DNA of 60,748 nucleotides, filler included, from Dugesia japonica (Eukaryota): NCBI GenBank assembly GCA_001938525.1. It is 6 parts of 6 records of this genome, joined end to end, with 100 filler letters (N's around TTAATTAATTAA, not from the genome) between each part and the next. Parts side by side here need not be neighbours in the genome. Positions count along the whole stretch, not along the records: positions 23,040 to 31,870 come from MQRL01400504.1; positions 31,971 to 41,557 come from MQRL01462272.1; 4 more parts are not named here. One strand, 5' to 3'. Shown piece by piece: positions 23,040 to 36,611 of this stretch (position 1 is its first letter; each line of letters starts with the position of its first letter). The notes under the pieces were generated by a model. It saw only the letters and a program-made list of their open reading frames with translations, ran no database searches and was not told where the DNA came from. The position numbers and the translations under genes were made by a program.

Positions 23040-25900
23040 TAATACTATTAACCTGTGATACCAGTGTTGATGTAACCATTAAACTGAATAATTATGGCAT
23101 AATAATATATAAAGAACATGGATCGTGAAACTCATTAACAACAAGGATATTAACGAGTATTAAAATAAACGAAGTGGCTAATTTGTACTGTAATATAGTG
23201 AACTTAATAGTATGTAGTTAATATTATTAATTGGAGAATTAAGTCTTGAAAAATTATCGACCATAAGATTATTATTCTATAAATATAAAACATTAAGAAA
23301 GTTATTTATCTAAAGACTTTATCGAAAAATATGGAAACACAACAAAATTAGAACTACAACGAAACACCTCAAAATCTATTATTTAAATATTATTACAAGG
23401 TTAGCTTAACAGTGAAACATAACGTTTGTAAAAAATAATAGGTTACTAATTTTATTCCTATGCTATTTTTCTGAGCTTTCGTCGAACAGTACTCATTAAG
23501 TTCTGGACAACTTTATTATCGATCTTTTTGGATGCTTTAAGCCAGTCTTNNNNNNNNNNNNNNNNNNNNNNNNNNNNNNNNNNNNNNNNNNNNNNNNNNN
23601 NNNNNNNNNNNNNNNNNNNNNNNNNNNNNNNNNNNNNNNNNNNNNNNNNNNNNNNNNNNNNNNNNNNNNNNNNNNNNNNNNNNNNNNNNNNNNNNNNNNN
23701 NNNNNNNNNNNNNNNNNNNNNNNNNNNNNNNNNNNNNNNNNNNNNNNNNNNNNNNNNNNNNNNNNNNNNNNNNNNNNNNNNNNNNNNNNNNNNNNNATAA
23801 TTACTAATATACCTTTCTGACGACTATGCTGGAACAGAAAAAGGAAATTTTCAATTTGATATTAACTCGAGATTTAATAACTGGAACCCCGATTTCTTGA
23901 AAGAAGTTCTGACCGAAGATTGAGAGATTATTATTTGTTGGAGAAATTTACGAACTTATTTGAGATGTAAGATTAGGATCTTTGGAATTTCTTCTGAGCT
24001 GAGGGGCCTCTGGATGTAATAGTTGCTCAAATGATACTTGGTTATCTTCTGTTGTCTGATAATGATGTTATATTTCAAAATAGTTTTCTGTTAAATTGAA
24101 CAATTTGATTCTGTTATAGACAGTGAAATCGTTTTGTTAACTTTGCTACTGAAGTGAGACTGCTTTTATACTTCAAATTCGATGATGGATTCTTGAAATT
24201 GACATGCTGATTTTCTGAATTTTTGCGATTAATTCAGTGTTCGTTTGAGAAAGTATTCGTGACTTCACAATGGATTCTTCTATTTCGGAGACGAGTTGAC
24301 ATTTCTACAGAAGCTTTCGTGACAAACTGGAATTTTTTGAAAATATTTAGATTTTTCATTTAAAAAATCTAATATGGGTTTCTCTGGAATTTGTTTCTTT
24401 TAATTAGTCCTCTGACCCCTTTTTAGTCGATTCTGGTCTCAATTCCACCTCATTGGTTATTCGTTATGGGTTATTCGGTTAATTAATCCAAGAATTATTC
24501 AATTTTCCCGAAAATACGACAATTTTATGGTAATTTTATTTTGATTTATCTTTTCATTTTACCATTTTTTATAGATTTATTTGCTATATTCTGATTGGGA
24601 TTCAGATAATTTGAATATCAGTTGACTTTCTTCCGAATATTTCGTGATTACTTGTAATTTTTTGTTGATTTTTGACAAATAAATTTTGTTTTTAATCTCG
24701 TTTTTAATTTAATTTATCTATTCTTTCATTTGATTTTTATTGAATTTGTTTGTATCATCGATTGGGTTCTATCCCAACAATACTAATAATAATAAAAAAA
24801 TTAATAATAAAATAATTAATAAATAATAAATTATTAATAAATTTAATAANNNNNNNNNNNNNNNNNNNNNNNNNNNNNNNNNNNNNNNNNNNNNNNNNNN
24901 NNNNNNNNNNNNNNNNNNNNNNNNNNNNNNNNNNNNNNNNNNNNNNNNNNNNNNNNNNNNNNNNNNNNNNNNNNNNNNNNNNNNNNNNNNNNNNNNNNNN
25001 NNNNNNNNNNTAATGTTGAGGTATTGATTGTTATTTATTAATTTTGCTATCTAAACACTTATTTTGCTGGGAAACTCAGTTACGTCATCATCTAAACTAT
25101 ACTGCGCTGCGCTGGGTAGTCTAGAGTCTTTACTATGCTGAAAAACTCAGTTAGATAATCATGGAAACTCTACTGGGCTGTGTAATCTAAAATATATAGT
25201 GTTCAATACTATATATATATATATATTTATATATACCCTTGTTAATAATAATAAATAATAACAANNNNNNNNNNNNNNNNNNNNNNNNNNNNNNNNNNNN
25301 NNNNNNNNNNNNNNNNNNNNNNNNNNNNNNNNNNNNNNNNNNNNNNNNNNNNNNNNNNNNNNNNNNNNNNNNNNNNNNNNNNNNNNNNNNNNNNNNNNNN
25401 NNNNNNNNNNNNNNNNNNNNNNNNNNNNAAAAGTTAATTAAAATCAAGTTGATTTATATTGAAGAATGTTTAAAATTATAAATGCTCAAGTTTTCAGAGA
25501 AGTTGTAGGAGTTAAGGACAACTACCGTAAAAATAGAAAGCTAATTTAAAAAAGAATTGAGGCAAATATATTAAAAATATTATTATTATTTGGTTTTGAA
25601 AAGCCTACTATTATTTTGGAAATAATTTTATCGTTGTTAACATTTACTAATTGAATTGAAAGTTCTACTATCTTGTGATTAGAATTATTATTGTATTGTG
25701 ATTTACTGTTATTACTTGGTTTGGACATTTTATCATTGCTTAACCTTTCAATTGTAATTGTTAGTTAATTTATTTCTTTAATTATTAATTGTATATAATA
25801 TTCGAATTTATTATTATTAATAAATTTGCTTCTAAATTAATCATATTATTTATTAGTTAATTATAATTAACTTTAACTTAATTGGTGACTACATTCAGTA

Positions 25901-27200
25901 TGTTAGAAGAATCTGTAGCAACTAACATGGTGGCAGCGGTTAATACCGATACCATTACAGAAAAATAAATGTTGATCTTCTGTTAAGGGAATAAAAGAGC
26001 TGAAGAAAAAATAATGCTACGCAAGATTGACAATGTCAAGGATGTAAAAGAAACATTAACATTATTGGACAATCGGAGAGTTCAAATAATATTATGAGTT
26101 TCTCGAAAGCTGAAAAAAAATAGAATAGGAATCAGAAACGTGGAGGAGAATCAGTCAATAAATAAAAGATATGAAACAAGATATGGAGGAAACCGGAATC
26201 AACGGGAGAGTTGGCAAAACATTCGACAGACTAAGAGACAAATTTTGTGTTGGGAATGTAAATAGAAAGGTCACGTGAGACGAGACGGCACAGTAAAGCG
26301 AGGAATAAGATGCTGAACTTGTTGAGAAGATGGTCACATCAGCAAAGATTGTCCAAGAGAGCGACAGATTCAATGTTTTCGATGTGGAACTAGAGGTCAT
26401 ATATGCAAAGAATGTTCATGACTAAAAGGCAGATATAGAAATTACGGAAATATGACAGAGGAATAAATAGAGGCATATATGCACAAAAAGTATAGGAATG
26501 GTCTGGCAATAAAGGAAGTCGAAATAATAACTATAGACAGATGAACGTTAAGGAAGAAAAGAGCAGCCAGTATAAAGAGGAGGAAGCAGAGACGGTGGAA
26601 TGGAAAGGTGGATATTGGTCAGACGCACCTTATAAAACACAGGATAACCACAAAAGTGGACTTTTTAATGTGAAGCCATATAGACAACCGATGAATTTAG
26701 AAGAAAAGATAAAAGAAGCTATTAAAAATTTATTTGAAAATGGAATAATACGAAAATGTAATTCACCATGGAACACTCCCTTGCTATGCGTATGAAACAA
26801 GAGAAGAAAACATTAGATTATATCTGGATTTTAGGAAGTTGAATGCAATAACGGAAAGAAAGGCCTTTCTAATGCCGAACATTGAAGAAATGCTAGATGC
26901 ACTGAGCGGAGCAACCTAATTTAGCTCGATTGTCCTAAAGAGCACATACTATTAAGTGGAGCTCGAGGAAAAAGGTCAGGAAAAGAACAAGATCAGAAGG
27001 GTTTTACCAGAATGCCATTTGGAATGGAAGCAGGAACAATTTCAGAAGATGATGGTAGAAGTGACAAAAGGGATACAATGATCGATTGTATACTTGGATG
27101 ATATATTAATATTTTTGAAGACAAAAGAGTTGCTCGATGAGGAAATAGGGAATATTTAAGAACGAGACCTGGAAGCGAGATTGAGAATTAATCCGGAGTC
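25901..27200 (+). mobile_element. Internally deleted Gypsy relic (LTR end, PBS, gag knuckles, RT)
   Basis: CTAACA then PBS TGGTGGCAGCGG at 25928-25939. Three knuckles (CWECK*KGH, C*TC*EDGHISKDC, CFRCGTRGHICKEC). RT motifs VKPYRQP...CNSPWNTPL, LDFRKLN, and VYLDDILIF near 27088-27115. Protease absent. Confidence 0.9.
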
Positions 27201-27219
27201 ATACGAGCAGTCATACGAG

Positions 27220-27490
27220 CCCTGAAATTTATATATAATTATAACAATCGCCAATATATGATATAATGTCGTATTGATTCATGTGTCATCAACAACGTTT
27301 TAACTTTTTATCCAGGTGGACATTTATTTTTTGGATCCAAAGGTAATTGATCTAACCTATCATGATGTACAATAGGTATTTTAAGATCAATTTNAATCAG
27401 GTATCCAATCTCGTTATTGTTATTGACAAACATCTTCTAATATATTTCTTCTATCTGATCTTTTGATATAAATTCGAAATATCTGCGCAA
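27220..27490 (-). pseudogene. Polinton-type pPolB palm fragment
   Basis: Minus strand reads IGYLI.IDLKIPIVHHDRLDQLPLDP...CPPG*KVKTLLMTHESIRHYIIYWRLL*LYI. This matches GY.LEVDL.YP..LHD....PLAP...KL......Y..H...L..Y. Confidence 0.75.
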
Positions 27491-29317
27491 AAACGTTGCG
27501 ATTTCATACTCTCTACTTGTTATTTCCGGCCATTTTACCCGGTACATCGGTTTGATTTATGAGCATTTCATTCGAAGTTGCAAATTCGTATCGAAACATA
27601 CCTTTGTTTTGCTGTCCATGTGGAAATTCAGCTGATGTTATTGGCCAACTTTCAAAGGGTTTTGTCAATGATAATAAACTGGAACTGAAAAACATAAATA
27701 AATAAAAAATAAATCGATATAAATAAATGGATAAATGAATATGAATAAATCGATTAATCGTATCGTGACACCATTTTCAAAATGTGCAAACATAGCCAAA
27801 AACTTTTCAGCTTTTAACTCTGAGTCGATTAGTGACAAAATATTATCATTATATTATCATTAAAATATGTTGGGTTACTAGGCTTTTGATGTTGTTTTAT
27901 TAAGTCTTCTCTTGCTGTTAAATGTACTTGTCCGCGGAATGATACTTAATAACCACAGAAATTTGTGTGATGTCTTCTTCTACATTACGATCCCCTATTC
28001 TCGTATTCAGCGAGAATATGCAGTAATTCGTCTTTTAGAAAGTCCTTGCTGGAAATAGCTCTTATGTTGAAATCTGAATTTGAAACGAAAAANAACTTTG
28101 AGTTAAGAGTATACATTTATTAATTTATTGGTCACGGCGACCCAAAAATAACTTCTTCTGTTATCAGATCCTCCTTTTCCACACCGTTTTGAACTTTGTA
28201 CTCCTTCCAAAGGGTTCTGACGTTTCCTAACACTGCTGCTTCTCAATCTGCATAACTCTTGATGATTTCCCCATCATTTGATTGTTTGCAATGAGTGTGA
28301 GTTTCCTTCGTCTACTCACACTCAGCTTTTCTCTGAAGTTTGACATCTTCATTTTGGTCTAGTCCGTCATTTCCCACATATCGTGATTTTCTTTTCACAG
28401 TTTCTTGAGTTCTGTACGAGCATTTTGTTGTTCAACTAACAATACCTCCCTTCTAGGTTTAGTGATTCTTATCGACATATTTAATGAATAAATAAAATTC
28501 ATGGATATTTCACTTCTACTCATATGATAGTTGTTATAATAGTTATTGTTAAATATATAATTTAATTTTCCGGCCTTGTGCAACGACTACTTCACAAAAA
28601 TCACACGGCTGTCTCGACAATTTTTTTTCTTCTAGTGGCTCCAGATGGGTCGTGAGTAAAGGCATTACTCGCTCTATTCGTTGGCTTAATCTCTGGTCTG
28701 ATTGATGGTGGGATAGAAGCTGTATCTTGAATACGGTTCTTCGATCTGTATTATTTTTTTGACTCTAATTATATTTCGATTGAAGTAATTTTTGATCTAA
28801 TTTAGTTACTGGCTTTATCAACTCTAATATTTCGGCCTCCTTGTTGCGAATCTCCATATTTTTTAGCTTTAATTTGTATGCGTATATGACACGTTTCCTA
28901 TGTTTGTATTGATTATGTTATAGATTAAATTTCATTGACAGTAGGCCTCGTGTGTACTTACCTCTTTACTGGTCAAATTGAAATATTTACTCCAAGGAAA
29001 TATTTCAACAAGATATAATTCCATAAAATTATTTTTTTAGAAATCGATCAAAAAGCAATTAATCGGTTTTCGTAAAACTAAAAACTGAAATAATCNNNNN
29101 NNNNNNNNNNNNNNNNNNNNNNNNNNNNNNNNNNNNNNNNNNNNNNNNNNNNNNNNNNNNNNNNNNNNNNNNNNNNNNNNNNNNNNNNNNNNNNNNNNNN
29201 NNNNNNNNNNNNNNNNNNNNNNNNNNNNNNNNNNNNNNNNNNNNNNNNNNNNNNNNNNNTATTTTATTTTCAAATCATTAGCTTATTTTCTTAAATTTAA
29301 AAGTGAATATTTTTTAG

Positions 29318-29612
29318 TGGAATATCAAGGTGATTATTGGAAAGTAATAGAAAAGGCTAAAAAAATAATTAGTAAAGTCAAGGAAATTTCTGGAATCGGA
29401 AAGCATAATTACAATATTATAATATCAGATCTCTACTCAATTATTGGAAACTGTTTTATGAAAGTTGGAAATCAGTCCGAAGCTCTGGAATTTCATGAAT
29501 TGGACAGAACAAATGGATTATGTCACAATATTAAAGATGCTGTGTCGAGATCCATGGATTATATTGGAATCATTCATTCAACTAAAAGTGATTATAAAAG
29601 TGCAATAAAAAT
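29318..29612 (+). CDS. TTC25: TTC25/ODAD4 (outer dynein arm docking TPR protein), internal exon
   Basis: Acceptor TTTTTAG ends at 29317 and the donor GT is at 29613. TPR sequence LYSIIGNCFMKVG...ALEFHELD...DAVSRSMDYIG. Confidence 0.8.
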
Positions 29613-29662
29613 GTTTTATTATATTTGAGAATGCTTATATTAATTTAATTAAATAATTTTAG

Positions 29663-29921
29663 ATGGTCATCTAAAGTCAAATTGGCTGTTTCACATGTGG
29701 AATTATCTTGGCTATATCACGAAATTGGTAGATCCTATTTTTCAATAAATGACTTTGAAAATGCTTTAAAATACTCATTTCATTCACTTGAAAAGGCGAA
29801 TCTTGGTATGGATGAAACTTGGCAACTAAATGCTAATATTCTTGTGGGGAAAATATTTTGTAGTTTAAATAGATTTTCAGAATCTACAGAAAGTTATATA
29901 CGAGCTCTGGAATTAAGCAAA
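29663..29921 (+). CDS. TTC25: TTC25/ODAD4, next exon (after a 50-bp GT-AG intron, 29613-29662)
   Basis: Splicing gives AIKIWSSKVKLAVSHVELSWLYHEIGRSY...DETWQLNANILVG...ALELSK, matching the TTC25 signatures W..K...TWLFHEIGR and WQLNA.VL. Donor GTATTT at 29922. Confidence 0.85.
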
Positions 29922-31870
29922 GTATTTTTAATAGCATTTTTAAAGTAATTTTACATTACAACATCTATTGAAATTATTTATCACGAGAGATTTATCAATT
30001 TAGTCAATGTATTAAATAAATAATATAACCATTATATGGAAAAATAAAATGAGTTTGAAATTGTATTCTAAATAAGATAATGAAACAGAACGTAAAAATA
30101 ACATCATGAACGTAACAAAGGAAATTGGAAAATTAATATGGTTTATGAAAAGATTTAATAACAATCATAACTCTTTAAGAAATCATGACATGTTTAATCA
30201 TGTGTATATTGTGTACATTGGCAACTTTCAATAGAAACTAATAGCACTCCACACCCATACATATATATTACAACTTATATTTTTTATTGTTGCGATATAT
30301 TGATTGTTAACACGTTAATTGTCAAACATGTCCACTGGGTAGTAAAATACGAATGCAAAAATGGGAGAGCAATAGCTTGATTTTAAAAGTAAGTTTGAAT
30401 AAGACCGAAAAACATTAAAGGTAAAATCAGCAGTACAGTTATAATTGGATGACGAATTCGGTGTTACTAAGCTTAATTATTTAGATGATCTGGATAAACA
30501 AAGCGGTATTGATTTATAACCCCATGTATATGAAGACAGAAATTTTACGTCTCTAGTATCATTGTAATTTGTTTGGAGTACTACCCTTTGACTGGCACTC
30601 GTTGAGGTTGCAAATGAATCAATTGAGATGACCAACTTAGACCAACTTATCCATTTAGCATTTCATTCTATAATTAAACTTTGTACATTTCAGAAGAGTA
30701 CATTTCATCATCTATGAAACCCCTGTACGCTCGCGGATAAATTCAGAGAGAAAAACCAAATTTATGAGGGATTAATGAAAGGTATATTAATTTTACAGAA
30801 AGATATTTTGATCAAATGACTTTTGAAATTTAAAATGAATAAGCGTAGCATGAATTGAGCCAAATTGAAGCAAGTTATAATGGCTTGGTCTGATTTTGTT
30901 TTATTTTGAAGTAATAATTGAGGAACCTGCAGAAATATAGAGATGGTCTACTGAATGGCCAGAAATTTATGGATATAGACGAATGAGTGACCTTTACGGG
31001 AACATTGAAATTGTAAGGTAGAAGTAAGTTATTTTTAGAAATAAAAATGATAATTGAAAATAGTGTATACAGCTAGTAGGTTGTAATTTACCTCAAAAGA
31101 AAGCAACAAGAATATTTATCTAATTACCATAGGAGTAGAAGTTATTAAAGATAAGATTTATATTACAATCAGCATGAGTTGAAAGAAAGCTCAGCATGAC
31201 ACCACTTTTTTGTTTGGTCAATTTTAAACGATTTTGATTGGTCCATTTGTAATGACCTAGACATTGGATTTGGTCGAAAAGAATTTTCTATCTCACCTCA
31301 CAAAAATACACGACATTAGTATCTGTTACCGTATGGGTTATCTCGCCTTCATTGATTTTCGATATGATTGATTATTGATTTCTGATGTGATTGAAAATTT
31401 AAGATTTCAATGGTGGATTTGAATAGGCCCTTGAAATCGGACTATAGATAGTCTTAGGTAACTATAGTCTAAAACTTTCCTAAGGGTTAGAGTTAGGAGT
31501 CATCGCGTTTCAGTTAAAAAGGGTATGATGCTGTGAATCTTTGTGGGATTTTTATGAATTTGAGTTTGAATGAAAGAGAGAGTGTAGGGGTAGATTATGG
31601 TGTTGGATCTTGGTATTTTTGGTACCACACACATACTAACATAAAGGTGCAGATGAATAGAATGGTCTGACTCAATATGAATTTTTTAATATTAAAATGA
31701 AAATTGTAAATGGTTTTGATAAAAATTGGAGCAAAGATTGAGACCAGGTGATATTATTAATAGTGGATGCTACGAGTTAGAGCCGAGACCGTTGGATCCA
31801 CTACAGTGCAAATGATAAGAGATACCAGTGAAATAAAAATCAATACCAGTGGAACAGAAATTAAGTAGTG

Positions 31871-31970
31871 NNNNNNNNNNNNNNNNNNNNNNNNNNNNNN
31901 NNNNNNNNNNNNNNTTAATTAATTAANNNNNNNNNNNNNNNNNNNNNNNNNNNNNNNNNNNNNNNNNNNN
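31871..31970. other. Artificial scaffold-joining spacer
   Basis: TTAATTAATTAA at 31915-31926 inside a 100-bp N block. Confidence 0.95.
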
Positions 31971-32609
31971 TTCAACAAAAAATTAACAAAAATGAATGAT
32001 TATTTTTAAAAAAGTCCAATTTAATGAACTTTCAAGCGAAATGAAACGATATTGCAAAAGTGTTGATTATCTAAGCTTTGGGAATAGTTAATGATCATGT
32101 TGAGTGTCCCCAATATAGAACTCTGTTTATCATCCGTAGTGATACAGATATTTGTGTAAAACCTGTGACACAAATTTTACGTCTTTTTCAGAATTGAGAC
32201 TGGATATTGGTTATATTTTTACAATAATTGCGTTGTTCACAAATAATACAAGCGTAATCGAACTTTGTGAAAAGGTTGGTCATTCTAATGCTGATGGAAC
32301 AAAAGTGCTTACACTGGTTCGAAAAGCCATTCTTTAAGTTTATTATTTAAAAATTTAATTCTAACCATGCTTTTAATTTGAAAACAATTTGACAAATTCT
32401 TCTTTGAAGTCTAAAATATTATTAATTTTCTTGAATTTATTATTAAAATTCAGTTTTAATTAATTCCTAAAATAAAATAAATAAAGTTGCAAAACACGCA
32501 GTCTGATATTCAGTTTCATAAACCGATCCGTCGATAAAGTTTGATTTCCAATATTGGTTGATTGATGTCGAAAATTGATTGTTCAAACTTGATTTTGTAT
32601 GAGTTTACA

Positions 32610-34092
32610 GTGTCAAGCATGGTGTTAATAAGTTCAAGAAATGGTCAATAACATGCATCTCATCAACAACAGAAAAATTGCTATATTTAATTGTATGGCA
32701 AAATAAAACAACAATTAAATTCATTGACAGCTATCAGTTCATAAATTCATGATTGGACTCTGCTGTTAAATCCTTATAATCGAAACCGTTGACTACAAAG
32801 AAGTTTAAGAATCAGATTATTACAAAATCAAAGGAGATATTTTCGTACAGTTTCGCNNNNNNNNNACAGGTTCTTGAAGAAACAAAGCAAATACCACCAA
32901 AATGGGAGGAAGTTAGTAGGGAAGAATATGAGAAAGCATTATCGATGTGGGAAATATTTTTTTGTACAAATTTTTTAGACTATATGATTTTATATTTAAA
33001 GCTGGTTGTATATTTGTTAGCTGATGTTTTCCAGCAATTAAGTGCAAAGTCTTTATTGCTGGGGTCTTTTTTTTGGGTACCCCCCTCCCCCCAGAATTTT
33101 TTTTGGGTACCCACCCTCCCCCCAGAAAATTTTTAGATACCCCCATCCAGAAAATTCCTTTATAATTGGTCCTTTAAAAAAATGTTGCAAATGTACTTAG
33201 GTTTAGGAGTTTAAGTAACAGAACTTTATAGAGGAATTAAATTCACACAGACCTCAAAATTTGAGAATGATTTAAACACCAACACAATTCTCAGATCAAA
33301 TTGTGTTACCGAATTGAAGAAAAACTATTATAAACTGTTAAACAACAGTTTATATGGAAAATCAGTGGAGAATTTCAAGAATAGAATCAATCTGCGCTTA
33401 TGTAATTCATCAAAGAAGCTGATTACATACACATCAAAAGCCGGGTTTAAGAAAACAACGAAAATTGAGGATGATTTGATAGCTGTTCTTCGCAATAAGG
33501 ATATAAGTTGTTTAGATCGTCGCGCTACATAGGACAAACTGCGCCGGAGTTGAGTAAACTATGCATGTACCAGCTACAGTATTTAGAGTTGGAAAAATAT
33601 CGAAAGCAAGAAAAATGTAAAATAAATATTGTAGCCGGCGACACAGATAGTTTCTTTTTGGAGATAGAAGATATTTGCTTAGAAAAAATGACTAAATTAA
33701 TGATTAAAGATTGGATTCTTGATACTTCAAACTACAGTAAAGAATATCTTCTTTATTGAAATAAGTTAAATTCAGTAATCGGGAAATTTAAGGACGAAAA
33801 TAAAGGGGAGAAGTAATAGGAATGGGTACTTTTGAAGCCAAAATGCAATAATCTGCTCGGTGATACGAACAACATGAGAGCAAAAGGCATAACATTGAAG
33901 AAAACAGAAATTTTTCATCAGTCTTATCTTGACTGTTATAATGAGAACAAATCGGTATTGGTCGAACAGCTTAGGATAACCACCATTAAGTCAAACAAAA
34001 TAGCACTGACAAACACGGACGATAAGCGGGTATGGGTAGGCAAAATTAAAAGTATCCATATGATCACTGCGAGTTGTTTTGAAGCGAGTTGA
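32610..34092 (+). pseudogene. Protein-primed family B DNA polymerase (Polinton/adintovirus type), disrupted and internally deleted
   Basis: FIDSYQF, YLKLVVYLLADVF, YYKLLNNSLYGKSVEN, AGDTDSFF, IGKFKDE, LKPK, RAKGI and KIALTNTDDKR occur in the expected order. Confidence 0.92.
33061..33156. repeat. ~30-bp C-rich minisatellite (about 3 units) interrupting pPolB
   Basis: T8-GGGTACCCCCCTCCCCCCAGAA occurs twice, plus a degenerate third copy. Confidence 0.8.
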
Positions 34093-36329
34093 AATTTTTG
34101 TGCTTTGCTTGGGAATTATTTTTTAAAAAGTATCTTATTTGATAAATTGGAAGTCACAAATTAATCAAGAAATTAAAATAAATTAAATAAAGTTTTGGTA
34201 CGAAAATTATGTCTAGTTAAAGATTAATTCAAATATTTTTTATATAAAAATATTTATATAGTTTAAAAATTTTTAAAAGTAAAAAATAACTTTTTTAGTA
34301 GCGAATGATGTTTTTTTTAAAATTTTTAAAATTAAGAATTAAATATTTTAATAGCGAATGATATTTTCTTTAAAATTTTTTGTGAAAGTTTTTTTTAAAT
34401 AAAATTTCAAAAACAGAAAATTATTTGCTTAAATTTTCGAAGTATTTTAAATAAAGTTTAAAATTTTAAATTAATTGGAAAATAATTCCAAATTAATCAT
34501 GGATTTTAATTTGCTTGTTTAAACTAGTATTGATGTTATAGTTTTTATTTTAATAAATTTATGTAGTTGAATTCTGATGTTAATAATTTGATGAGTTTTC
34601 CAAACTCTCCTAACAGTCAATATAGTATAAAATATCTTTTCCATAAAACCGTTCATTCGATCTAGCCTGGTCAAGAACAAAACTCCAAACAATGGTATTT
34701 ATTTATTTGTTTTTAAATGTTATTTTAATTATTTCTATTTAAATTATTATGATAAAAGAAAAATAAAACCATTTATGAACGTATAACCACTCCTCTTTAG
34801 GACTAAAGTTGTATAATTTGTACATATTTGAATAAAAAGATGTTATTATTATTAGTTGTTTATTATTTATTAAGTTTTTATTACTAGTTTTTTATTAAGT
34901 TTTATTTTATAAAAGTATTGCAAGCATGTATTATGCTTGTAAAATATAAACAAAATTAATTTAAATGTTTATTAATAATGGATTNNNNNNNNNNNNNNNN
35001 NNNNNNNNNNNNNNNNNNNNNNNNNNNNNNNNNNNNNNNNNNNNNNNNNNNNNNNNNNNNNNNNNNNNNNNNNNNNNNNNNNNNNNNNNNNNNNNNNNNN
35101 NNNNNNNNNNNNNNNNNNNNNNNNNNNNNNNNNNNNNNNNNNNNNNNNNNATATTTATAAATACATTGAAAAACAACACATTAAAGTACAACAGTAAATT
35201 AAAGTCTTTCACAACCAAGAAACTAGGTGTTGGTTTGATTGTTTGACATTGCACAATGGATCTAAACTAATAGTTAATAAGTTAACATAAATAAAAAATA
35301 TATTACTGATATTTGTCTTCCTATCCACACGGCACTATCTTTGTTTATCAAATGCAATGGATAGAGCTTGCATTTTGATATTTGTTCTGTTTATGCTGAT
35401 TATTTCCCGACTTTGATATTGTATGTCCATGTTCAATTTATTAGCAATGTTTATTTTTCTTCCTTATAAATCTCAATACCTGCTGTTGGTGGATCAAGTT
35501 CAAAACACCTTACCAAGTTTTTCATCAAAAATGACATTTTTGTCAATAGACATGCAATTGGGTTGCAGCACAGCAACAAGTACCTGGGAAATTCTGGACT
35601 GCTCCACTCCATGCAAAATATAGAGACTCCCCCATCCAAGGCAAAATATCAAGACTGCCCCATTTTATACATAAATATAAAGTCGGTACAAAAATAAATT
35701 TTTAAATTTCCCGCCACAAATAACAAGACTATCCTCATCCTCTGCAAAAAATATAAAAAACCACTTCATCCTATACATAATTATAAGTCTACAAAAAAAT
35801 ACATCTATTTTAAAAAAAAACAATTTTTTTCGACTAATTCATCCTTTTATATAAAATAAACTTTTCAAAAAATTATTAAGCTTACAGAAAAATTTCAATT
35901 AAATCTTAGAAAATCCAACAATTAAATACCTTCACACCCATATACCCCCCTCCCTCCCAAAAAACATTTTAACACCCTTATTCTACTTACAAACATCAAC
36001 CAATCAAATTAAACCACAAAAAATCAGAAATCAAAGCACAATCGACCACCTACATATTTCCCATAACATTACCTTTCAAACAACTTATCAACCACTAAAA
36101 TCCAATAACTACCAACAAACCTACATCCTCCAAAAACCAACCCATGATAACTCATACGCCAGTGTTAATGCGCTATCACACTTCTATGACGAACCATCCA
36201 TCCTACCACATAAGTCCTTTAGACAATGTATAGACAGAATTTTAGTCCTAACAAATTCATATCAATAAAACTCCCAAAAAATTATGTTCAAGATCTCCAC
36301 ACTTTTCTCCAGTTCAATTTCACTCTTAC

Positions 36330-36611
36330 ACACACACAACTCAACTTAACTTTAAATTAACACACACAACCTCAACTTGACTTTCTTTAAATTAACATAC
36401 ACAACCTCCTAAACACACACAAAATTTAAAAATTAAAAATACACACACCCAAAGATCAAAGAAATTTGATCCCGATCAAAAAAAGGATCCGATCAAAATC
36501 ATTTTGATCGCAAAAATCTTAGCAAGAAAACTAGCACAAAAATCATAGCACAATCGTAACGTTTTTACGAGGGAGAGTGAAGGGCTCAAATTGCGCTACT
36601 ATCTACCTACT
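36330..36611 (-). repeat. Second copy of the terminal repeat (probable Polinton TIR)
   Basis: Homologous to 1-278 and ends GCGCTACTATCTACCTACT. It lies downstream of pPolB on the same scaffold. Confidence 0.62.

Noticed and set aside
23528-23800. ORFs made mostly of X (also at 25187-25481, 29037-29273, 34961-35254, 60051-60272)
   Set aside because: They are open only because they cross N gaps.
23800-24800. Possible LTR or promoter region on the minus strand (GTATAAAAG near 24165)
   Set aside because: No partner repeat, PBS or coding motif to anchor the call.
27700-28960. Decayed minus-strand coding-like sequence (also 30350-31000 on the plus strand)
   Set aside because: Too many stops and no recognisable motif.
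32100-32337. Possible zinc-finger peptide (CKTCDTNF)
   Set aside because: Lacks the His ligands and any supporting gene context.
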